Positions 42,162-50,227 of a stretch of DNA of 64,000 nucleotides are shown in pieces; position 1 is the first letter of the stretch, and the number at the start of each line of letters is the position of its first letter. Source of the stretch: an uncultured Chloroflexia bacterium. Lineage in GTDB: Bacteria; Chloroflexota; Limnocylindria; Limnocylindrales; CSP1-4. The notes under the pieces are model-generated. The model did no database searches. It had not been told where the DNA came from and saw only the letters and a list, made by a program, of their open reading frames with translations. The stretch covers positions 32,001 through 96,000 of the forward strand of contig CAVVNQ010000018.1 in NCBI GenBank assembly GCA_963749705.1, in the 5' to 3' direction. Both the position numbers and the translations under genes were made by a program.

Positions 42162-43351
42162 TGGGCCTCCTCAAGTCGCTGACCCGGATGCTGTCCTTCG
42201 TCGGCAAGGAGATCGTCGAGGTCTTTCGCCGTCCGGGCGCGATCATCAGCCTGATCCTCGGGCCGTTCCTGATCCTGGCCCTGTTCGGCCTCGGCTACAG
42301 CGGGTATCGGCGGCCGCTCCAGACCGTCATCGTCGTGCCCCCCGGCTCGGGGCTGCCGACCGATGTCGGGTCATACAGCGAGATGTCGGGGCCGGGCATC
42401 GAGATCGCGGCGGTGACCCAGGACCGGGCCGGCGCGGAAGCCGAGCTGGCCGACCGCCGGGTCGATCTCGTCGTCATCGCCCCGGCCGACCTCGAGCAAC
42501 GGTTCCGGTCGAACCAGCAGACTGCCATCGACGTCGAGTACAACTTCGTGGACCCCGTCCAGGCCAACTACGCCTCGTTCATGGCCCTCCGCCTCCAGGA
42601 CGAGGTCAACCGCACGATCGTGGAGCGAGCCGTCGCCGAGGGCGAGCAGTACGCGATCAGCCGCGGCGCCGGGCAGGCGAACCAGATCGACCCGCAGGTG
42701 ATCGCGGAGCCGACCCGGGCCAAGCCGGTCAACGTGGCTCCCACCGATCCCAACGTGGTGTCGTTCTTTGGCGCGGCGGCCCTGGCCCTCATCCTCCAGC
42801 ACATGGCGGTGACCCTCATCGCGCTGTCGCTCACCCGGGAACGGTTGTCGGGGGTCAAGGAGATCTTCCGGGTCGCGCCGGTCCACACGCTCGAGATCGT
42901 CCTCGGCAAGCTGCTCGCGTTCGGCATCCTGAACGCCGTGGTGGCGGGAACGACGATCGCGCTGCTCGTCGGGGTGCTGGGCGTGCCGCTGCTGGGCGAC
43001 ACGAGCCTGCTCGTCCTGGTGGTCGGGCTCCTCATCCTCGCCTCGCTGGGCGTCGGCCTGATCGTGTCGCTGGTCTCGGATTCGGAGCGCCAGGCGGTCC
43101 AGCTGTCGCTGCTGATCCTGCTGGCCTCGGTGTTCTTCAGCGGGTTCGTGGTCGCGATCGAGGAGTTCACCCCGTTCCTCCACGACCTCGCCTACGCCCT
43201 GCCGGTGACCCACGGCATCCGCCTCATCCAGGACGTGATGCTCCGCGGCAGCACGAACGTGCCGTGGGAGATCACGGCCCTGGGCATCATCGCCGGCGTG
43301 CTCCTGCTGAGCTCGTGGCTGCTCCTCCGGCGCGACATGAGCCGGGTGTGA
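42161..43351 (+). CDS. ABC-2 type permease (YbhR/S-like, with extracellular domain)
   Basis: N-terminal TM, large loop and five C-terminal TMs; LTRERLSG; FFSGF. Confidence 0.88.
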   Translation: MGLLKSLTRMLSFVGKEIVEVFRRPGAIISLILGPFLILALFGLGYSGYRRPLQTVIVVPPGSGLPTDVGSYSEMSGPGIEIAAVTQDRAGAEAELADRRVDLVVIAPADLEQRFRSNQQTAIDVEYNFVDPVQANYASFMALRLQDEVNRTIVERAVAEGEQYAISRGAGQANQIDPQVIAEPTRAKPVNVAPTDPNVVSFFGAAALALILQHMAVTLIALSLTRERLSGVKEIFRVAPVHTLEIVLGKLLAFGILNAVVAGTTIALLVGVLGVPLLGDTSLLVLVVGLLILASLGVGLIVSLVSDSERQAVQLSLLILLASVFFSGFVVAIEEFTPFLHDLAYALPVTHGIRLIQDVMLRGSTNVPWEITALGIIAGVLLLSSWLLLRRDMSRV

Positions 43352-44199
43352 CGGAGGCGCCCGGGGACCTCCTCGCGATCGGGCCGCGCGACCGGCGCCG
43401 CCTGGGTGTCGCGCTCACCGTCTATGGCATGGCCGGGGTCCTGGTCGTCCTGCTCGGGGGCGGCGTCGTCCTGGGCTCGCTGTCCGGTGTCAACGGGCTG
43501 GCCGATACCCTGGAGACCGAGCGGAGCGCGATCATCGACACCATGAACGCCGCCACCGACACCCTCGATGGTGCCGCGACATCGACCCGGGGGTTCGCGA
43601 CCTCGCTCGACGGGACTCGCCGCACGGCAGCCGACGGGGCCAGCCTCACCCGCGACTTCGCCACGACGCTCGACCAGGCGAGCGCCACGATGGACGTCTC
43701 GATCCTGGGCAGCCAGCCGTTCGCCTCCGTCGCGGCGGGCTTCCGCCACACGGCCGAGCAATCGAGGGCGCTGGCCGACCAGCTCGACGCGGCCGCCGTC
43801 ACGCTCGATCGCAACGTCTCGGACGTGAGCGTCCTGAGCGACCGGATCGCGACGCTGCGCGGGCGCATGGCCGACCTGCGCGACTCGCTCCGGGCGGCCG
43901 GGCCGTTCGAGAACCCGCTGGGCCCGTCGCCGGTCGTCCTGCTGGCGTTGCTCGGCTGGCTGCTGCTGCCGGCGGTCGCCAGCCTCGTGGCGGGATTGCG
44001 GCTGCTGCGGCCGCCCGTGGTGAGCGGCGCGACCGTGGTCGTCGAGCCGCCGGCCGGGGCGACGGTGATCGTGGAGCCGCCGGCCGGAGGAACGGCCGGG
44101 CACGTCGAGACCGTGCGCACGATGGACACGACCCGCTCGGGCGCGCGCGATGATCGCGCTGACGAGCGCACCCGCGACGACGGCGGTTCCCCGACCTGA
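43348..44199 (+). CDS. Hypothetical membrane protein, two TMs flanking a long helical/coiled-coil region
   Basis: GTGA overlap with the permease stop; hydrophobic ends; C-terminal 30-bp duplication at 44029-44088 (ATV(V/I)VEPPAG x2). Confidence 0.65.
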   Translation: MTEAPGDLLAIGPRDRRRLGVALTVYGMAGVLVVLLGGGVVLGSLSGVNGLADTLETERSAIIDTMNAATDTLDGAATSTRGFATSLDGTRRTAADGASLTRDFATTLDQASATMDVSILGSQPFASVAAGFRHTAEQSRALADQLDAAAVTLDRNVSDVSVLSDRIATLRGRMADLRDSLRAAGPFENPLGPSPVVLLALLGWLLLPAVASLVAGLRLLRPPVVSGATVVVEPPAGATVIVEPPAGGTAGHVETVRTMDTTRSGARDDRADERTRDDGGSPT

Positions 44200-44272
44200 C
44201 CGGCGATCCCGGACGCGGCCGGCGCGTCCCGCGGGGCCCGGGCGGCGAGGTCCCGATAGACTCTGTGATCGC

Positions 44273-45385
44273 ATGACCACCGAACGCGATTTCTACGAGG
44301 TGCTGGGCGTCGAGCGGGGGGCCGCCGACGGCGAGATCAAGCGCGCCTTCCGGCGGCTGGCCCAGCAGTGGCACCCGGATGTCAGCCAGGAGGCCGAGGC
44401 CCAGGAGCGGTTCAAGGAGATCAACGAGGCCTACCAGGTCCTGTCCGATCCGCAGCGCCGGCAGGCATACGACATGTTCGGTCGGGCCGGGGTCAGCGGT
44501 GCCGGTGGCGACGGCGGGTTCGGCGCCGGCTTCGGTGGGTTCTCGGACATCTTCGACGCCTTCTTCGGCGGCTCGGCGGCTGGCGCCGCGCGGCGTGCGC
44601 GTCCGCAGACCGGCTCCGACCTGCGCTACGACCTCCGGATCACGTTCGAGGAGGCCGTGCTGGGAACGGAGAAGGAGATCGAGTTTCCGGTCCTCGGGCC
44701 GTGCGACACGTGCGGCGGAACGGGGGCGAAGGCCGGGTCGAGCCCCGTCCAGTGCCCACAGTGCAACGGGCGCGGCGAGATCCGGTCGGTTCGCCAGACG
44801 ATGCTCGGCCAGATGGTCAACGTCGCCGCGTGCCCGCGCTGTCGCGGCGAGGGCAAGATCATCGAGGAGCCGTGCGACACGTGCCATGGCGAGGGTCGGA
44901 CCGAGCGGCGGCGGACGCTGCGGGTTGCGATCCCGGCGGGCATCGACGAGGGCCACCAGATCCGGCTGACGAACGAGGGCGAGGTCGGACCCCGTGGCGG
45001 CGCCCCCGGCAGCCTGTACGTGGCCGTCCACGTGGCGGCGCACCCGTCGCTGTCGCGCGAGGGGACCGAGCTGTACCACGAGGTCGACCTGTCGATCGCC
45101 CAGGCGGCGCTGGGCACCAAGGTCGACGTCCCCACGGTCGACGGCGAGCCCGCCGAGGTCGAGATCAAGGCCGGCACGCAGCCCGGGACGGAGATCCGGC
45201 TGCGCGGACGCGGCGTCCCGCACCTGCGCCGCCGCTCGGTACGCGGCGACCTCCACGTGATCGTCAACGTGAGCGTCCCGACCAGGCTGTCCAAGCGGCA
45301 GCGCGAGCTGCTCGAGGCGTACGCCAAGGAGTCGGGCGACAGCGTGTCGCCCGCCGGCGGGTTGCGCGAGAAGCTGGGCCTGTAG
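44273..45385 (+). CDS. dnaJ: Chaperone DnaJ
   Basis: J-domain HPD, G/F region and four CxxCxGxG repeats. Confidence 0.98.
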   Translation: MTTERDFYEVLGVERGAADGEIKRAFRRLAQQWHPDVSQEAEAQERFKEINEAYQVLSDPQRRQAYDMFGRAGVSGAGGDGGFGAGFGGFSDIFDAFFGGSAAGAARRARPQTGSDLRYDLRITFEEAVLGTEKEIEFPVLGPCDTCGGTGAKAGSSPVQCPQCNGRGEIRSVRQTMLGQMVNVAACPRCRGEGKIIEEPCDTCHGEGRTERRRTLRVAIPAGIDEGHQIRLTNEGEVGPRGGAPGSLYVAVHVAAHPSLSREGTELYHEVDLSIAQAALGTKVDVPTVDGEPAEVEIKAGTQPGTEIRLRGRGVPHLRRRSVRGDLHVIVNVSVPTRLSKRQRELLEAYAKESGDSVSPAGGLREKLGL

Positions 45386-46389
45386 TGCCCGACGACCCGC
45401 TCGCGGGGATCGACCTCGGCGCGGCGGCGGTCCCGGGCACGTGGCTGGAGCTGTCGGTCGCCGCGGACCACGAAGCCGTCGAGGCGGTGTCGGAGATCCT
45501 GGCCCGGGCGGCCCCCGGCGGCACCAGCGTTGAGCCCGCGTTCGAGCTGGTCGAGGACGGGCTTGCGGCACGGGTGGACCTCGCCCGCCCCGCGCTGGTC
45601 CGCGCCCATCTCCCGATCCTCGATCCGGCCACGGTCCGGGCGGCCGTCGAGCGGGCCGAGCGCGACCTGGGCCACCTCCAGGCATTCGGGTTGCGGCCGA
45701 TCGGCGACCTCACGGCCCGGGTGATCCTCGAGGCGGACTGGGCGAACGCGTGGAAGGCGAACTTCCCGGTGCTCCGGATCGGCCGCCGGATCGTGATCCG
45801 TCCGACCTGGCGACGGCACCGGCGGCAGCCCGATGACGTGGTGCTCGCGCTCGATCCGGGGATGGCGTTCGGGACGGGGCTCCATCCGACGACCCGGCTG
45901 TGCCTGGCGGCGCTCGAGTCGCTCGCCGACCGGGGGTTGCTCTCCGGGGCTGGCAGCGGCGGGTCGGGTGGCCGGCCCGCACGCGTGCTCGACGTGGGCT
46001 CGGGGTCCGGGATCCTGTCGATCGCCGCGGCCAGGCTCGGCGCCGGCTCCGTGCTCGCGGTCGACGTGGACCCGATCGCGGTCGCCGCCACGACGATCAA
46101 CGCGCGTCGCAACCGGCTGGCTCGCGTCATCCGCGCCCGTGCGGGGAGCTCGCCCAGCGGCGAAGACCCGTTCGACCTCGTGCTCGCCAACCTGATCGCC
46201 TCGCTGCTCATCGCGCTCGCCGACGGCCTGGTCGAGGACCTCCGTCCGGGCGGCACGCTGCTGGCGTCGGGCATCTTCGAGAACCGGGAGGCGGAGGTCC
46301 GAGCCGCATTCGAGGCGCGCGGGCTGTCGATCGTCGATCGATGGGTCGAGGGCGACTGGATCGCGCTCGAGGTGCGCCGCCCGCGCTGA
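45385..46389 (+). CDS. prmA: Ribosomal protein L11 methyltransferase
   Basis: DWANAWK, LDPGMAFGTGLHPTT, LDVGSGSGIL and LANL; follows dnaJ. Confidence 0.95.
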   Translation: MPDDPLAGIDLGAAAVPGTWLELSVAADHEAVEAVSEILARAAPGGTSVEPAFELVEDGLAARVDLARPALVRAHLPILDPATVRAAVERAERDLGHLQAFGLRPIGDLTARVILEADWANAWKANFPVLRIGRRIVIRPTWRRHRRQPDDVVLALDPGMAFGTGLHPTTRLCLAALESLADRGLLSGAGSGGSGGRPARVLDVGSGSGILSIAAARLGAGSVLAVDVDPIAVAATTINARRNRLARVIRARAGSSPSGEDPFDLVLANLIASLLIALADGLVEDLRPGGTLLASGIFENREAEVRAAFEARGLSIVDRWVEGDWIALEVRRPR

Positions 46390-46468
46390 TGGCCACCGGC
46401 GCCGCCTGCGCTACGATCGTCAGCCCACGCCGCCGTCCTGTCGCTCCGCGGCGTGAACCACAGAGCCG

Positions 46469-46957
46469 ATGCCCGACCTGACCCCGCTGTTCCCCGTCGT
46501 CCTGGCCACGCACATCACGCTCGCGATCGCGCTGTTCGTGCCCAGCCTGCTGCTGCCGTTCACGCTGCGCAACCGCTCGGTGGCGGTCGGGTACGACGCG
46601 CCGGCACCCGGCCGGTTCGTGCGCATCCTGCTGTGGATCCAGGCCCACGGCACGGTCGCGATCGGTGCCGGGCTGGCCCTGACCGGCGTCGCCCTGATCG
46701 GTGTCCTCGGGCCCCGGATGCTCGAGCAGGGCTGGCTGCTGCTGAGCCTGGCCACGTACGCGGTGACGGCGGCTATCGCCTACGCGGTCCAGCGCCCGGG
46801 CCTCCGGCGCCTGGCCGGGCGCCAGGGGATCCGCACCGATGCCGACCGCGAGCTGTGGCGAGCACGGGCGCGGCGCCAGCGGTATGTCGCCTACGGGATC
46901 ACCTCGGCCGTCGGGCTGATCGCGTTCCTGATGTCCACCAAGCCCGAGCTGTGGTGA
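46469..46957 (+). CDS. Small membrane protein (DUF2269-like)
   Basis: Four TMs; N-terminal LATHI and C-terminal FLMSTKP. Confidence 0.6.
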   Translation: MPDLTPLFPVVLATHITLAIALFVPSLLLPFTLRNRSVAVGYDAPAPGRFVRILLWIQAHGTVAIGAGLALTGVALIGVLGPRMLEQGWLLLSLATYAVTAAIAYAVQRPGLRRLAGRQGIRTDADRELWRARARRQRYVAYGITSAVGLIAFLMSTKPELW

Positions 46958-48462
46958 GCGAGCCGATGGTCGCGCCCCGGGCCGCCGCGATCGTCAATCT
47001 CGGCTGCAAGGTCAACCAGTCCGAGATGGAGGCGGCGGCGCGGCTGCTCCGCCAGGCAGGTGTGCCGCTGGTGAGCCCGGACCGGGCGGCGGACCTGTAC
47101 CTCGTCAACACCTGCACGGTCACGTCGATCGCCGACGAGAAGTCGCGCGCCGCGGTCCGGCGCGCGCGCCGCGCGAACCCCGACGCCCGGATCGTCGTGA
47201 CCGGCTGCTCGGTCCAGGTCGGGCCGGACGCGTTCGCGGCCGTCGACCCCGACGCACGGCTCGTCGGCAACGACGCGAAGGCCGGGCTGCTGGACGAGCT
47301 CGAGGCGCTCGTCCGCCTGGGTGGCGCCGATGGCACCGCGCACGGACCGCTCGATGCGGCGCTGCCGACGCTGTCGGGGGTCGAGGTGGCGGCCGGCGGG
47401 ATCGATGGCATCGACGGCATCGCGGACGACCGCGCGTCCGTGGAGCGGACCCGCGCGTTCGTCAAGGTCCAGGACGGCTGCTCGTTCTACTGCACGTACT
47501 GCATCATCCCGCGGGCTCGAGGACCGGAGCGATCGCTTGCTCCCGACATCGTCCTGGCCGACGTCCGCCGGGCGCTCGCCGCGGGGCACCGCGAGATCGT
47601 GCTCACCGGGATCAACATCGGGACCTACGACGGCGGCTGGTCCGAGCGTGGCAGCCGCGGGTCGCATGTCCGGTCGGCGCTGACCCTGGCGGGCCTGGTC
47701 GAGCGGATCCTCGGCGAGACGCCGGTCGAGCGGATCCGGCTGAGCTCGATCGAGCCGCAGCACGTGGATGACGCCCTGCTCGACGTGTGGGCCGCCGGCG
47801 CGCCGCGGACGCTGCCGCACCTCCACCTGCCGCTCCAGAGCGGCGACGACGGCGTGCTCCACCGGATGGGTCGTCGGTATGCGTCCGCCGACTACGCACG
47901 GATCGTCGAACGTGCCCGCGCCGCAATCCCGGGCGTCGCGGTCCACGCGGACGTGATCGCGGGCTTCCCGACCGAGGACGACGCGGCGTTCGCGCGCACC
48001 GTTGCCTTCGTTCGTCGCCTCGAGCTTGCGGGGCTCCACGTGTTCCGGTACTCGGCCCGGCCGGGAACCCCGGCGACGCGGATGGCCGGCCAGGTGGACG
48101 AGCGGACCAGGAAGGCGCGCGCCGCCGAGCTGCTCGCGGTCGCGGCCGAGGCGCGCGCCGCGTTTGCCCGCGGCCGCATCGGGACCACGTCGCGCGTGCT
48201 GGCCGAGTCGCGCCTGCCCGACGGCCGCTGGGTCGGCCATGCCGAGGACCACGTGCTGGTCGCGGTCACCCCGCGCGCCGGCGATCCCGCGGACCTCGAG
48301 AATGCGATCCTCACCGTGCACCGGGCCGCGGTCGACGGCGAGGTCGCGCAGCGACTGGTCGGCGAGATCCGGGCGATCAGCCCGGCGGCGCGGCCGGTGC
48401 GGGCGGCATTGCCGGTCGTGGCCGCCGCCGCGACATCGACTGGAGGACTCCATGCCCGCTGA
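46954..48462 (+). CDS. mtaB: tRNA methylthiotransferase MtaB (MiaB/RimO family radical SAM)
   Basis: LGCKVNQSE, NTCTVT, TGC, KVQDGCSFYCTYC and HLHLPLQSG; conserved position after prmA. Confidence 0.9.
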   Translation: MSEPMVAPRAAAIVNLGCKVNQSEMEAAARLLRQAGVPLVSPDRAADLYLVNTCTVTSIADEKSRAAVRRARRANPDARIVVTGCSVQVGPDAFAAVDPDARLVGNDAKAGLLDELEALVRLGGADGTAHGPLDAALPTLSGVEVAAGGIDGIDGIADDRASVERTRAFVKVQDGCSFYCTYCIIPRARGPERSLAPDIVLADVRRALAAGHREIVLTGINIGTYDGGWSERGSRGSHVRSALTLAGLVERILGETPVERIRLSSIEPQHVDDALLDVWAAGAPRTLPHLHLPLQSGDDGVLHRMGRRYASADYARIVERARAAIPGVAVHADVIAGFPTEDDAAFARTVAFVRRLELAGLHVFRYSARPGTPATRMAGQVDERTRKARAAELLAVAAEARAAFARGRIGTTSRVLAESRLPDGRWVGHAEDHVLVAVTPRAGDPADLENAILTVHRAAVDGEVAQRLVGEIRAISPAARPVRAALPVVAAAATSTGGLHAR

Positions 48463-48796
48463 CTGCCTGTTCTGCAAGATCATCAGCGGCGCGATCCCGG
48501 CCACCAGGGTTCACGAGGATGACCTGGTCGTCGCGATCCGGGACATCAACCCCCAGGCGCCGACCCACCTGCTGCTGATGCCGGTCAGCCACATCGGCTC
48601 CGCCGCGGACCTGACCGAGGACGACGCGCCGCTGCTCGGACGCCTGTTCGCCGTCGCCGCCGACCTGGCCCGCGCGGAGGGTCTCGACGGCGGCTGGCGG
48701 CTCGTCAGCAACGTGGGTCCCGACGGCGGGCAGACGGTCGACCACCTGCACGTCCACCTCCTCGGCGGCCGGTTCATGACCTGGCCGCCCGGATGA
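48452..48796 (+). CDS. Histidine triad (HIT) nucleotide-binding protein
   Basis: DCLFCKI, DINPQAPTH and QTVDHLHVHLLGGR; GGAGG RBS. Confidence 0.95.
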   Translation: MPADCLFCKIISGAIPATRVHEDDLVVAIRDINPQAPTHLLLMPVSHIGSAADLTEDDAPLLGRLFAVAADLARAEGLDGGWRLVSNVGPDGGQTVDHLHVHLLGGRFMTWPPG

Positions 48797-49416
48797 CGGC
48801 CGGCTCGTCCGCGCCCGGCTCGCCCGCGCCCGGCGGCGACGGCGCCGCGCGCGCCGATGGTGCGTCGCCGGCCGCGAGCGGCGGTCCGCCGCTGTGGTTC
48901 GCCGCGCTCGGGATCGGCGGGCTGGTCCTGGCCGTCCTGCTGATCGCGGCCCAGACGCTCGGGATCGGCGCCGGCGGCGAGGCGGCGCAGGCCACGATGC
49001 CGCCGACCGGTGAGGCTGCGCAGAAGACCCACGACCTGCTCGTGAGCACCCTCGCCGCCGCCTCGTTCCAGGTCGTCGACCCGCAGACCCCGTACCGCCC
49101 CGGCGAGAGCCCGGAGCTCATCGACGTCCCGCGCCGGTTGCTCCAGGTCGTGCTCCCGTCGGACCCGACGGGCGGCTACATCGTGATCTACGAGCTGCCA
49201 TCCAACGGTGAGGCGGACCGCGTCGGGCGTGATCTCGCCGACTACCTCGCGGGCGGGCCGGGTGCGATCCAGTACCCCCGGGACGCGCAGTTCGTGATCC
49301 GGCGCGTCGGCGCCACGCTCGTGTTCTTCCCCTGGTCGCCGTCGGTGAGCCCGGATCCCGAGGTCGCTCGTCTCGCGGCGACGCTCGAGGCCGTGGGGGT
49401 TGCGGTCGGTCCTTGA
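48793..49416 (+). CDS. Hypothetical single-TM exported protein
   Basis: ATGA overlap with the HIT gene; one hydrophobic segment followed by a soluble domain. Confidence 0.7.
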   Translation: MTAGSSAPGSPAPGGDGAARADGASPAASGGPPLWFAALGIGGLVLAVLLIAAQTLGIGAGGEAAQATMPPTGEAAQKTHDLLVSTLAAASFQVVDPQTPYRPGESPELIDVPRRLLQVVLPSDPTGGYIVIYELPSNGEADRVGRDLADYLAGGPGAIQYPRDAQFVIRRVGATLVFFPWSPSVSPDPEVARLAATLEAVGVAVGP

Positions 49417-49438
49417 TCGGGAAGCTAGACTCCCGGCC

Positions 49439-49894
49439 ATGAGCGAGTCGTTCCGCGCCACCATCCAGCAGACGGGCAAGACCGCATGCGGGATCGAGGT
49501 CCCCGAGACCATCGTCCGTGCCCTCGGCGGCAGCCGACGCCCGGCCGTCGTGGTGACCCTCGACCGCTACACGTACCGGTCAACGGTGGCGCCGATGAGC
49601 GGCGGCTACTGGGTCGGGGTCAACGCCGACCATCGCGAGGCATCGGGTCTCAAGGCCGGCGACGAGGTCAAGGTGACGCTCGCCCTGGACACCGCGCCGC
49701 GCGAGCTCGAGGTGCCGCCCGAGCTGGCAGCAGCGCTGGACGCCGATCCCGCGGCGAAGGCGTTCTTCGACGGGCTCTCGTACAGCAACAAGCGCGTGTT
49801 CACGCTCAGCGTGGAAGGAACGAGCAACCCCGAGACGAAGGCTCGCCGCGTCGCCAAGGCGATCGCGCTGATGCGCGCGGGCCGCGTCCGGTAG
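49439..49894 (+). CDS. DUF1905 plus YdeI/OmdA-like domain protein
   Basis: GIEVP, TYRSTVAPM, GLKAGD, VPPELAAAL and ETKARRVAKA. Confidence 0.8.
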   Translation: MSESFRATIQQTGKTACGIEVPETIVRALGGSRRPAVVVTLDRYTYRSTVAPMSGGYWVGVNADHREASGLKAGDEVKVTLALDTAPRELEVPPELAAALDADPAAKAFFDGLSYSNKRVFTLSVEGTSNPETKARRVAKAIALMRAGRVR

Positions 49895-49895
49895 T

Positions 49896-50018
49896 CGCGC
49901 CCGGGCTGCTCGCGCCGACGTGCCCGGCGCGCCCGGGCTGCTCGCGCCCATCGCGCCCGTTACGCCGGTCGCCCCACCGCACCGGTCGCGCCCGGGCTTC
50001 CCGCGCCCATCGCGCCCG
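49896..50018. repeat. Three dispersed direct repeats
   Basis: cgcgcccgggct(g/t)c(t/c)cgcgcc at 49896, 49928 and 49987; the last two extend to 32 bp with 2 mismatches. Confidence 0.8.
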
Positions 50019-50173
50019 AAATGGTCAATCAGCACCCAGGCGCATGCTCGGGATGAACCCGGCGCAGGATCGGGGCCCGGGAGTCGCGTGGGTGGTATCT
50101 GTCCCAGGAACGGCGCGAGTCGGACCAGGTTCGGCGCCGACCAGCCGCGTGCGTGCTATCTGACGCAAATCGG
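50016..50173. repeat. Three-box inverted-repeat element, gene-less copy B (MITE/REP-like)
   Basis: Imperfect terminal inverted repeats at 50016-50042 and 50146-50173, internal box at about 50085-50103. The reverse complement aligns gaplessly with copy A. Confidence 0.8.
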
Positions 50174-50177
50174 CGAG

Positions 50178-50215
50178 GCCACGCCGGGGAAGCCACGCCG
50201 GGGAAGCCACGCCGG
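50178..50215. repeat. 14-bp tandem repeat x2.7
   Basis: gccacgccggggaa at 50178 and 50192, partial copy at 50206. Confidence 0.85.
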
Positions 50216-50227
50216 CCAGGGCGTGCG

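Noticed and set aside
49896-50215. Repeats resembling a mini-CRISPR array
   Set aside because: Spacing is irregular, repeats are GC-rich and of variable length, there are no consistent unique spacers and no cas genes.
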